Shown here: piece by piece, positions 1-11,030 of the stretch | How positions within the stretch are numbered: the stretch's first letter is position 1 | Layout: each line of letters begins with the position of its first letter | Assembly: GCA_964188305.1 (NCBI GenBank) | Contig: OZ076885.1 | From: Podarcis bocagei | Lineage: Eukaryota | DNA length: 64,000 nt | Strand: one strand, 5' to 3' | The notes under the pieces: generated by a model | The model's database searches: none | What the model was told of the DNA's origin: nothing | The model's input: only the letters and a program-made list of their open reading frames with translations | Position numbers and translations under genes: made by a program

Positions 1-2490
1 GGTGATGATATGGAGGGCCAAACTGCACAAACTAAATATGTAGCATTAAGCTGCATGTATATGGTTTTCCTTTATTTAACAAGTGTGTGAGGAGGGCAAT
101 TGTCATCAGGACCACAGCATGCACAGAGGTGAAGTTTATTATTTCCTTCTCCAGACACAATCCCAAGCCCAACGCTTCTCTCCCTGCAAGCTTAGAAAGA
201 ATATTCCTGTTGTTGCCAGTGGGAGCTTTTATTCTAAGCCTTATAGCTGCATACAGGGTGCATTTTCATCTTGGACTGTGGTTGTGGAGGGAAGGGATAC
301 CTCACCTTCCTGCATACCATAGTCATTGGCTGACCCAATAAAGAAAAAAACATATTCATGACTGCTCCCGATGCTGTGCCCTTATAGTGACATCTAGTTT
401 GACCCCCAAGCAGAAAGATTGGTGACATTTCAGTATGTGTGCATTTGTGTTGTGCAAGCATTTATGTGTGATTATTCATATATATGTGTGTGTGCGCGTG
501 CGCGCACTGTATGTAGATGTGTGCTTACATCTCATATTTTGCATGAGTGAGTGTGTATGTGTGCACATACTTGCATACAGGTAGATGCTGCATCCTTGGA
601 TGCACGGACCCATCTGTAGCTTGAGTAGCACTGCTTTCCATTAGCTAAATCCTTAGCAGAACCATATGTGATGAATACAGAGATCTGGGGTCTGGTTCTT
701 TTATCATAAATGTGTGATACTCACTGTTGTCTCCCTGGTGTCTTTGGGACCTGGCAGGCTGTGTACATTCTGCTCTCACTGGATGCCTATGCCTATGAGT
801 GGGTCAAGATCACCATGATGCAACAGCAGTAACCGCCACTAAACATAGCAATATTGAAAGCCTGGGACTCTTCTCTCACATTGCACAGCAGCAGAAGTGT
901 TTCCCTTGCACAGTCCTATTGCAGCATTACAGGAGGCCTCTATGACACCCCTGATCCCAAGCTCAACAAGGCAAGTGACAGATGAGGAGGAAGGCAAGCA
1001 GAGATTCACAGTGGAGAGAGGCTTGCCTCTCCACTTTCCCCACTTCCTTGTAACACTTTTCTTTGTGTTTCCATTCCCTGCGAATGAGCCTTAAGTTCAG
1101 GCGCTTGCAGACTGCTGCTATTTTGGGGTGGGATTCAATCACGTCCTGGTAAATTCAGGTTTTGCGCGTATAGTTGATTGCGAAGTTCTGCGCAAGAAAA
1201 TAAGAAGAATGCACTGGAAAGTGTGGGGAAACGCTTTCTGTGAACTCAACGCCCAAGACAAATGCTGAATAAACAGGTCATCTGGGGGAAATGCAGTTAC
1301 CCTTTATCCCAGGTTTTTCATTTTCTTCTCTTATGTGTCTCAAGAGGCCAGTGGAAAGCCTTTTCATCCTCAAGCCCAAAAGGAGGACAGTTAATGAGCA
1401 GCGAATGGACTGCGCACAGAAGTGTACCCTGGAAGGAACCTTTGATGTCTCCAATAAATTTACCAAAGAGCCTCTTGACTTCAAAGACCATTGTTGTCAG
1501 ATCTCAGTCCTGTGAAACAAGTGCTAGGTAGCCATTTGATGAGCTCTAAAATCAGGAGTAGATGGTTTAGTCAGGCTCTATCAGATCATAGAGTGGGAGT
1601 CATGGCCTATTTAGAGAATATTGCCAGTGCACAGCCTCTAATTCAAGACAGATCGCCCTCCCTGGCTCCTTCTGCACAACTGAGCAGAAGATCCATGTGA
1701 GGACATGCCACATCCCTCAGGCTACGTGAGGCCCTCTTCTTGATGACAAGCATCCAGAGTCATCTTTATTATTACTTCCCATGCTCCAGGCACACATCCT
1801 GGCAGGCATGGGGAAAGGGTTCAGAGGCCAAAGCCTTGCTCAAATTAATTCTCTCCCAGTGATTTTCTTGAATTTCACTTCAGTACACGTGAACAAAATC
1901 CCATGGTTTTTATACCGCTCAAGTGTGCCACATTGCTATACACTTGATAGAATTATAACACTCTACTTCAGTGCCTCACAGGAACCATCTTGGTGAGTTG
2001 CTCTCCCTAACTTGACACTCAAGATTCTTTGCTGCTTCTCTGTTACATTTATCTCTAATCTGATGCATGCGTTCTGCACAGAGAACCACTTGGAAGAGAT
2101 TATATTCTCTCCTCAGAAGCAGCAGTAGGTCCTGCCAATATTTTGGGGTTGGGACAGAAATTACTACTATTTTTTATTTTTATTTTTTCTTTAAAAAAAA
2201 AGATGCTGCCATTGTGCTAGGTGCTATTGCAATCCTTCTCTAGAAGGCTCCATATTAGATGAAGACTGAAAAATGAGTAGTGCACGCAAAATGGCACTAC
2301 TTTGTCCTTCCCAGGAGGCAAAATGAAGGGCCTGAGAAGGCAAGTTGTAAGGCCATCTGAGGGAAACTTCTTTAACTGCACGCCATCTCTCTCTCTCTCT
2401 TTCTTTCTCTTTCTCTCTTTCCACCAGATTCTGGAGGTGCCTGCTCCTGTCTTCCTCCAGCTTTACCTCCTGTTCCCACCTGTCCCTCCG

Positions 2491-2523
<33 letters not shown>

Positions 2524-2713
2524 ACACATGTGGGTGTGAGGCACAGAGCTTACCTTCCACAGGAGGAGAAATCACCACTCTGACCTCGCTGTCTCTCATT
2601 TGGGGTTTTTTTTTCTTTTCTTCTCCTTCCTCCCCTCGCAGGAATTTAGATTCTCTCTCTTGTATTTCCCTTTTTTATTTTTATTTTTCTCCCCTCATCA
2701 CCGGCTGATGTAG

Positions 2714-2845
2714 TGATCTAGACAGAGACTTTTGGAATAACAATGACAACACAGTGCAGCAGAAATGGAGCTCCTACCCTCCCAAGGAGTTTATACTAAA
2801 CATATCACCTTACGCCCCGTATGGTGATCCACGACTTTCCCTCAA
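2714..2845 (+). CDS. SYT7: SYT7 alternative linker exon A (132 nt, phase 2-2): (N)DLDRDFWNNNDNTVQQKWSSYPPKEFILNISPYAPYGDPRLSL
   Basis: TAG acceptor at 2711-2713 and GTGAGT donor at 2846. The peptide matches the 44-aa vertebrate Syt7 linker insert as I recall it. Not in the ORF track. Confidence 0.95.
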
Positions 2846-3069
2846 GTGAGTCTCTCTTTAACTAATTTGATCATATATAGTGAGTATATGCACACCCTTC
2901 TTCCAACCTCCCCTTCCTGCTTTCCCCTTCCCCTTCCCCTTCTTCCCCCTTCTACCTCTTCCCTCACACTCCACCCCCTCCCCATGGACAAATGGCCATG
3001 GAGACGAGCAACCCCTCCTGCCCTCCCTCCCTCCCTCCCTCCCTCCCTCCCCCTTCCCATCCATTAATT

Positions 3070-3447
3070 CAGTGGTTCCCAACTTCTGGCATTTGCACTG
3101 GTACTTGGTATGACAGACTTGTGTGGTTGATGCCCTGGATTCCCCCTTTTCTCTGGTCCCAGTGCAATATAGTGTTCTTCTGGATTCGTTGGCATCAGGT
3201 CAAGCTCCTGACTATTCACTCTCAGGGTAGGCCTTCCAACCAAGTGGTTGGCTTCTGTACTCTGCTTTAAACCCAATACACACAATAGTCACATAAACCA
3301 ACCACAATGGAAACAATGGCCAACATTGCCCAAGGCCTTAGAGCCCAATCACAAACTTAGAGCAGTCCTGTTGTTCTGGAGGGGCCTTGGCTCAGACGTT
3401 CGGCTTGCTAGGCTTGTACGGTGCTCCCAATGGGTTGAGAACCACTG
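3070..3447. mobile_element. Old non-autonomous hAT (Charlie-like) DNA element
   Basis: Terminal inverted repeats CAGTGGTTCCCAAC ... GTTGAGAACCACTG. The TSD is degraded. Confidence 0.6.
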
Positions 3448-3829
3448 CCTTAAGCAGCTCCCTAAGAGAGGCCGGCACCTTTCCCTCCCTGCCCCCCGCC
3501 TCCAGTTCCTTTGGCTCTCCTACCCCTCACACCCCTCCACCTTCTCTGCAGCACAGGACGGGGTTGCCCGTTTTGGTCACCCTCTCAGCGTGTTCTCTGC
3601 ATCTGCACTGTGTGGTGATGGTGATGGCAGTGGTAAGCTCTCTCACTAACATGGCTTTTCTCTCCCTTCGCCTGCACAGTGCCTCTCCCAATGGCCTTAT
3701 CCATTGTTCAACCCTTCTTTGTCTATGGAATAAAGTAACTTTTGGCTGCAATCATAACCTCACAACCAAGCCAGGGCTGCCTGCTGTCTTTGCCTGGGAC
3801 AAAGGCTCTCCTTGGCCCTTTCTTTTGCA

Positions 3830-3963
3830 NNNNNNNNNNNNNNNNNNNNNNNNNNNNNNNNNNNNNNNNNNNNNNNNNNNNNNNNNNNNNNNNNNNNNNN
3901 NNNNNNNNNNNNNNNNNNNNNNNNNNNNNNNNNNNNNNNNNNNNNNNNNNNNNNNNNNNNNNN
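3830..3963. other. Assembly gap (134 N)
   Basis: Run of N. Confidence 0.99.
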
Positions 3964-4013
3964 GACCTCCTTCTCACTACCACCGGCCACCTTCCTCTCC
4001 TGACGTGCCCCAG

Positions 4014-4229
4014 TGGCACCTTGTTGTCAGGTGCAAAGTTGGCTGCTTCAGCCACCTCAGGATTGGCTGGGGAGCGGGAAGGACGCCACGGGGAGAGGCA
4101 GCAGCTCCGAGAGGACGGCATGAAGAGCAGCGTGTCTGCCCACAGCGAGCCCAGCATTGGGAAGGCGGGGAGAGGTCGATGGCAAACGGTGCAGAGCCAC
4201 CTAGCAGCAGGGAAGCTCAGCCTATCCAA
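4014..4229 (+). CDS. SYT7: SYT7 alternative linker exon B (216 nt, phase 2-2): GTLLSGAKLAASATSGLAGEREGRHGE...GKAGRGRWQTVQSHLAAGKLSLS
   Basis: CAG acceptor at 4011-4013 and GTGAGT donor at 4230. Both ends resemble the mammalian insert (GTLLSGAK...RGRWxTVQSHLAAGKL). Confidence 0.93.
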
Positions 4230-4462
4230 GTGAGTGAGAGTACATTACAGGCCTGGCCTGGCCTTGTGACGCAGAAGTCCTTGTAGCTAGGGATGGGCTG
4301 AGGGCGGGGGCAGGGAGGGGGAGGGGGAGAAACCAAACCCAGCTACCATCTTGGTGTTAGATTCAGGCAGAGCAGAGGAAAGCATAGGTGATGGTTGTGA
4401 CACCTGATGGAACAGTCTGCTGTGCCCTCGGATCAGTTCTGTTGTGCAGGAGCAGAGGGCTG

Positions 4463-4467
<5 letters not shown>

Positions 4468-4507
<40 letters not shown>
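4468..4507. repeat. (CA)n microsatellite
   Basis: Direct reading. Confidence 0.95.
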
Positions 4508-4508
<1 letters not shown>

Positions 4509-4654
4509 TGGCTTCATATGGAAGTAGTCTTGAGAATATGCAAATCAATAAAAGAAACAGAATTTTGCCATATGAAAAAGGATTTCACTTTTAGTAAGTG
4601 TTATCACTGTGTAATCCTTAGTTGGCTAATTTATAATACTAACCAATTAGAGAA

Positions 4655-5014
4655 GGGACACTGGTGGCACTGTGGTCTAAACCACAGAGCCTAGGGCTTG
4701 CTGATCAGAAGGTTGCGGTTCAAATCCCCGTGACGGGGTGAGCTCCCGTTGCTCAGTCCCTGCTCCTGCCAACCTAGTAGTTCGAATGCATGTCAAAGTG
4801 CAAGTAGATAAATAGGTACCGCTCCCGTGGGAAGGTAAACGGCGTTTCCATGCGCTGCTCTGGTTTCGCCAGAAGCAACTTAGTCATGCTGGCCACATGA
4901 CCCGGAAGCTGTCTGTGGACAAACGGCGGCTCCCTCGGCCTATAGAGCGAGATGAGTGCGCAACCCCAGAGTCGTCCGCGACTGGACCTAACGGTCAGGG
5001 GTACCTTTACCTTT
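4655..5014 (+). mobile_element. Sauria-type SINE (tRNA-derived), copy 1
   Basis: Head GGGACAC..GGTGGCACTGTGG with B-box-like GGTTCAAATCC, (ACCTTT)n tail, and 13-bp TSD TAACCAATTAGAG (4640-4652 / 5014-5026). Confidence 0.9.
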
Positions 5015-6135
5015 AACCAATTAGAGGTTAAAGGCTCAGGAGAAGAGAGCTATGACTCTATTAGCAGCTTTCAGTGGACTGCCCATCAGTAGATAAGGGC
5101 TTCACGCTAGGTCAGGCCAAAGGGCTGACCATAGCAACTGTAGCATTACCTGCACTATTAGATGATTCTGAGTAAATTTACTGTGATCCTAGTGTGAGCT
5201 GTCCAGAAGTGTGAGACCAGAGTGTGATTCATTCCAGACCTTTTTATCTCTCACAGATGCTCCCTGTGTCTTGAGCAGAAAGATCCCATAACTGTCTTTA
5301 TTAGTGGGCTTATCTTCCATTAGGTTTCCAAACAGATCTTCCTCTTGACACTACTGAATGAGCATTCCTATGTGGCTTCTCAAAACCAATGTGGACTCAG
5401 GAAATGACTGGTAGTTCATTTGTCCTGTCAGGTGCCTCATTCCTGACATCTAAGGAGCTATCCTATTGAATCCATGTTCTCAGCAGGAGACCAAAAGTCT
5501 TAATGTTAATTCATATCTAGATTAGTCCTAGACATTGAAGCATTTTCTGACTAAATAAAGTTTTCATTGTGGAGTAAACTAATCTGTCATATACATCCCT
5601 CATAATGAAGATTTTTGTGACTGGATTGTCCCTGTATCTGGCATGTGTGTTTTTGTGATGGAGCGCTACTTTGCTTTGTCTGTCTGTCTGAGATAGCCTA
5701 CCTGTCTGCTTGCACAATAGCCTTGTGATAGGAACTGGAAGTGGGATAAGGTACCCACAGGTATGCCAGAGGGCCAGGTGTAAATGGTACAGTCCCTACA
5801 GCACTGGGACTGCTTCCCACACCGCAATTACCCTTGATAGAAATTTATATAGTCTGCTGGCTCCAGGCCTAGGAGAGCCAATTTTAGTTTCCTGTGACTG
5901 AGAGGTTGAAAATTGGACTAATTTAGGATTTGATAGAAAACTGAAATGAGGTCACTGCATGTGAAGAAGGCAGTGGCTGGAAAGGTCCATTTCTGCCTCA
6001 TGCCTGGCAGCAGGGGGGGTTGGGCTTAGGGGCTCAGTACATGATCCAAACAAGCTCACTGGTAGCAGATGCATGCAGAGCTACCTGAATAATTTTCCAA
6101 GGCAAGAAAAGGGGGGTGTTGGGCTCTTTGCTTAT

Positions 6136-6295
6136 NNNNNNNNNNNNNNNNNNNNNNNNNNNNNNNNNNNNNNNNNNNNNNNNNNNNNNNNNNNNNNNNN
6201 NNNNNNNNNNNNNNNNNNNNNNNNNNNNNNNNNNNNNNNNNNNNNNNNNNNNNNNNNNNNNNNNNNNNNNNNNNNNNNNNNNNNNNNNNNNNNNN
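6136..6295. other. Assembly gap (160 N)
   Basis: Run of N. Confidence 0.99.
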
Positions 6296-7217
6296 CACCA
6301 CTTTGCCATTACGTCCCTGGCATCAGCATTTCTTTGCTGTTTTTGGTGGAGGTGGCTTTCAGGTCAGGCCAGCAGCAAGTAAGGAACGCTCAAACCCTTC
6401 TGCCACGAGGTCCTGGTTTCTGTGCCTCCTTGGTTAAACCTAAGAACTAGGTTGGCTTTAATTTCTACACAAAGTGGCCTGTGAAATATTTTGGCACAGT
6501 CAGCCCCATCTGGCTGCTCTAGAGTGACTGCTGTCAGATGCTCCACCCTGAGAAAGCAGGAGGGCTTGGGGAGAAGCAGAGCTGGGAAACAGTAAGACTG
6601 GTGGGTGATCGGCCGCCTGTGCACCTCTCTCCTGTCACATGTTGACACACCTGCCTTAGGGATTGGCCGTTTCTGTGAGATACTCAGACATGAGGCCAGC
6701 CATGTCCTTCGGGGGCACACCCAAACTCCTTCAGAGCTTAACCGTTATGACTTCAACAGCCTGCTTTCTCAGCCATCCTGTTGTATTACATGCTTTGTCA
6801 TTTATTGTACACATCCCTTTCCTGTGCACTTGTTTTCCCACTCCTAACTCTGGCTTTGGCTTAAACTGCAGGCAGGGCTGTTCAGAAATGGTGTTTTAAA
6901 ATTTGAAAGGAAGGAAAGCCAATTCTCTACTGTGGAAAGGCAAATCAAGCACTCAAAACAAGTTATGCGATTCAGTAAGGTGGATGCAAATCTGTACTTG
7001 AACTCGGCTTTCTGCTAAAATTTAGAACTTGGGGCAAGGGCAAGAGCAGATGTGGTGGCAGGTAACTGAGAAGCAGGAAGATGATTAAAGGTCACAAGAG
7101 AAGGATGGCTAGCTATGCATGCCATAACACTCTGCCACCCAGTAATGCCAGTGAGCTCTTAGTTCTAATTCCACAAACATAAAGGCTTATAAAGCATTTC
7201 TAAATAAATGAAGGAAA

Positions 7218-7380
7218 AGGTGCATAAGTCAATGGTAAAGCACATGTTTTATGTGCCGAATATCTCAGGTTCAATCCCCAGCATCTCCAGATAGGGTTGG
7301 AGGAAGCTCCTATCTGAAACCCTAAACAATAGATGAAACAATAGGGGGACCTCGGTATAAGGCAGCTTCCCATGTTCCTA
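7218..7380 (+). mobile_element. Old tRNA-derived SINE with CR1-like tail
   Basis: A/B-box-like head (AGTCAATGGTAAAGC...GGTTCAATCCCC) and 3' end GGTATAAGGCAGCTTCCCATGTTCCTA. A related copy lies at about 35015-35230. Confidence 0.55.
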
Positions 7381-9493
7381 AAAAATGTTCAGGAATCTAA
7401 ATCCTTTTGCTCATATCAAATTCCACCTGGAATTCTGCAAGTGCAGACCATCAGAAAATGAACAGCCCTGACCATGAGGCCTTTTTTGTGAGTACCTGCA
7501 TGCCTTCCCTCCTGTCCTTTCATCTAACAGTGTGATCAGCTATGTCTGTTCTTCTCAAGTCTTTGGCTGAATGGTTAGCTAATATCTGCATTGTGTTTTT
7601 GAATGTGTGCTCAACCACTTGTTCTGTGTGGTTAGCTGTGGGGCTCTGTCATGTATTTTTGACAGCAATCTGCACTTCTTGTGTTGTCTTTCAAGCCATA
7701 TGTTCTGTCCTGTGCTTCACTGTCCACAGGCTACAGACCATTCCTACAAGGCTCTCTCACACATCTGTAGGGGCGTACATCAGGGATACCCAATGTGGTG
7801 CCCTCCTGTTGCCGTTGGACTACAACTCCCGTCATCCATCCAAGCTGGCTGGAGCTGATGGAAGATGGATAGCCCAACAGCATCATGAGGGTACCAAAGT
7901 AGCTACCTCTGCAGTAAGGCATAGCTATACCAAACTATGCATCATGCATCACTCTCAGTAGGTGGAGGACACCTCACTGTGATGTGCTTCAGTCCTGATT
8001 TTGAGGGCAGAACAAGGCATGCATCTTCAAACACAGGTCACACTGAACAGCCAAAAAGTAAGTGATGGCAATTTCAAGTGGAGGTGTGGGAGCTTACTTT
8101 TTGCCTCCTAACCCCCTCCCCCTCCCCACCTGCTACCATGCAACCCAGCTTCCTTTTTTCAGCTGTGGTATGAGACCAGAATGAAGCTCAGATAGGAGGA
8201 AAGTGGCCTCGGAAGATGGAGGCGCAGTGATGGAATGGGCAGATGCCAAAGATGGCAGGACTCCTGCTCTTTTCATAGTTTTGCAGAAAAGAGAATTTCA
8301 GCAGGTGTAGCTTTTATGACAAGCTGTTGAAATTCCCTCTTCTGCACAAAAGGACAGAAGCCTTTTGCTCTTTTGCATCTGATCACTCAAAACAGTGTAT
8401 GGAGGAAAGTTTCAGCACCCCTCTCCCACTCACCTCTTCTTCTGGAATCACACACACACATTGTGTTGCAGCTGTCTGACAGTGACACATGTTTGAAAAC
8501 AGAGGCCTGCAACCTTCAAGTTTAGTTCCCTTCTCAAACAGCTCCCCAAATTTCACTGGAATGTTTCATGTGAGAGAAGACAATATGGCAACTTTTAGGA
8601 ATATAAATACTGAGAAGTTGTCCACGCCTGGCCTAACAAATCCAAGCCCGACATGTCTATTGTAATTATTACAACTCCCTCAGTTTGCCACCTTTCAGTG
8701 GACAGGTTTCTGTGCCTTTCACTGCTATGTAACAGGCAAAAGTGCAAATCCCAATGCCAACTTTGGCACACAGTAGCAGGAAAAGCTACAGCAGTTTCAT
8801 TTCTGACTACCTTGCAGCTGTTAAAGGCATAGAATTCTGTCCGCAAAAAGTTGGCAACCCTATTAAGTGTAACTATGTGCTCTGGAAGACAAAGCTACCT
8901 GTATTCAAGATGAGAGTAGGGAACTACTACAGCCTCATTTAAAAAATAAAACTTGAGCCCTGGAGCATGCCACCAGTTTGGCCATCAGTGTCCGTGACAC
9001 CATTCCTAGGACATGTGAGAGTTCCTATTCCCACTGCCACTTGGGTGAGGTGTGCTGATTCAGACACAGCCAATGGGGAAAGTGGTTGTTGGGTGCACTG
9101 CATGTCACAGGCAGCAGCAGCACAGGCACCAGGGGATTTGCCTTCACAAAGCAGCCTAATTAGTTCGGAAATGAGAGTTGGTGTTCTGAGCCTCCTTACA
9201 AGCAAAGGAGCACGGAAAGGAGAAGTCGCTTCGCAAGCAATCTCACACTGAGCTCAAGGACTGACAAGCAAGGAAGGCCGCAAAATGGCTACAGGGCGGG
9301 GGCTCCATGCTGCTGGAGAAGCTGAGGTGCAGCTGCAACCCCAAATGACGGCTTGCTGCTTCCGAAGGTGCCTGGCAGAGAGAGTGCTGTGCTGGGGCAT
9401 CTTCTCTCTAACTATCTGCTTTTCCTTCCTCCAATTTTGCCCCTTTACCTTCTTCTCCTTTTTCTCCTTTCCCTCGCCCTTCACCTCCCTAAG

Positions 9494-9856
9494 TTTTGAG
9501 GATTCCACCATGTCCACAGCCACTACCCTTGAGTATATCCCCACCTCAGCAGGAGACCCGAAATGCCAGCGCCCGCGCACCCTCATGCGCCAGCAGAGTC
9601 TCCAACAGCCACTCAGCCAGCACCAGAAACCCAACCACAGCCAGCCCACCACCAGCCAGAGCCTGGGCCACCTGCAGTCCCACACCACCTCCACCAGTGG
9701 CAATCCCCGGGGCTGTCGGAGCGCGCAGTCACGGCAAGGGACCCCTGCTGGCTCCAAGCACAGGACAGGTGGTGGTCGTAGCCGCTCCAATCCTGGGAGC
9801 TGGGACCATGTGGTGGGGCAGATTCGGAATCGAGGCTTGGATATGAAGTCTTTCCT
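9494..9856 (+). CDS. SYT7: SYT7 alternative linker exon C (363 nt, phase 2-2): FEDSTMSTATTLEYIPTSAGDPKCQRPRTLMRQQSLQQPLSQHQ...RSRSNPGSWDHVVGQIRNRGLDMKSFL
   Basis: AAG acceptor at 9491-9493 after a long pyrimidine tract, and GTAAGT donor at 9857. It is the 3' part of ORF 9285..9860 and is recognisable as the long Syt7 insert. Confidence 0.95.
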
Positions 9857-10669
9857 GTAAGTTATCTTTCTCTTTTTCTCTCTGCATGTTCTTGCACTTG
9901 TTTGTTGCTCCGTTAGTTTTGAGCCCTGTGTTGAGACAGGCAGTTGACCCCCCGCCCCCGCCCCGAAGGCAGCAATGTGAGAGAGACAGTCAGCTCGTAC
10001 TGTCATGCAGCTAGCTCATCACCAGCTGAAGGATCAGCATTCTCCTTCTCTCCTTAGACACCACCCAAACTGCCCAGTTTCACATTCCAAATTCTAATCT
10101 TCTTATTTGGATCGGTTCACATTTCAATGTGAAGCCACCCAATTCACCCTTCTTGGAACACTTGCAACCTGAAACACAGCTGTCCTTCAGAATTCATACT
10201 TCTCTGGATTTTTTGATGCAATTCTGCCACCAAAAATGTGTACAAAAATGTGTATATTAGGGGAAAGGTGTGCAGAAAGTATGCATATATTAGTGAAAGT
10301 AGCAAAATGCATGACATTCTGAAAAAATGCTTTAAAAATGTGTGTATTAGGAAAAATTGGATACAAAGATGGGTATGTTACAAGAAATGCACACTAACAT
10401 GTTGATGAATATTTAGGAGAACTTCATTTTTAAAAATCACAAATGGATGTGGAAATGTGGCATAATAAGACTGGAAAAATTCAAAGTGAAAAAAACAAAG
10501 TGGAGAAATTTGTCTATTCCTAATCGGATATGAGGTGGAGAGAAGGACTAGCTTAACATATAAGGGTCTCCTCCTCTGTCTTCTTCCATGTTGGAATTAT
10601 TCTAGTAGCCATTGGTTTGTTGGGTTCCTCAGCTTTCTAATTATATACAGTGGAATCTCCAGCTACAAC

Positions 10670-10671
<2 letters not shown>

Positions 10672-10715
<44 letters not shown>

Positions 10716-11030
10716 TAGTGCCCTTCATCCAAGGATCATAGGATGGTTTACAATATAAAAACACAAAAATACACACCATAGTAACCAAGAAGAACCATAC
10801 CACCAGCAGCTGCAACACACACACATTTTAAAAGGTTACAGATTGTTTAATCAGCCAAAGGCCTGGGAGAAGAGGAATATTTTCCCCTGGCACTTAAAGA
10901 TAAGTAACAAAGGCACCAGGGAGAGCATTCCACAAGCAGGGAGCCACTGCAGAAAAGACCTGTTCTCATGTTGTCACCTTCTGGACCTCTCACAGAGGAG
11001 GAACAGGAAGAAAGGCCTCAGATGATAATT
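10672..11030 (-). mobile_element. L2-like LINE 3' fragment with (TAA)n tail
   Basis: (TTA)n run followed by sequence resembling the 3' end of the L2 at 18247-19711 (CCAAAGGCCTGG..., AGAGCATTCCAC..., GCAGAAAAGACCTG). Confidence 0.55.

Noticed and set aside
1-2700. SYT7 transmembrane and juxtamembrane exons (..[22 protein letters not shown]..)
   Set aside because: Not found. The short ORFs here are intronic noise.
3387-4286. 299-aa ORF and overlapping ORFs across the first gap
   Set aside because: The length is inflated by Ns. The real coding part is exon 4014-4229 in a different frame.
9254-10006. 250-aa minus-strand ORF
   Set aside because: It is the antisense shadow of GC-rich SYT7 exon C and its pyrimidine tract, with no recognisable domain.
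10070-10520. AT-rich segment with recurring ATGTGTATATTAG-like words
   Set aside because: It is probably an old interspersed repeat, but I could not define its termini or family, so I did not call it.
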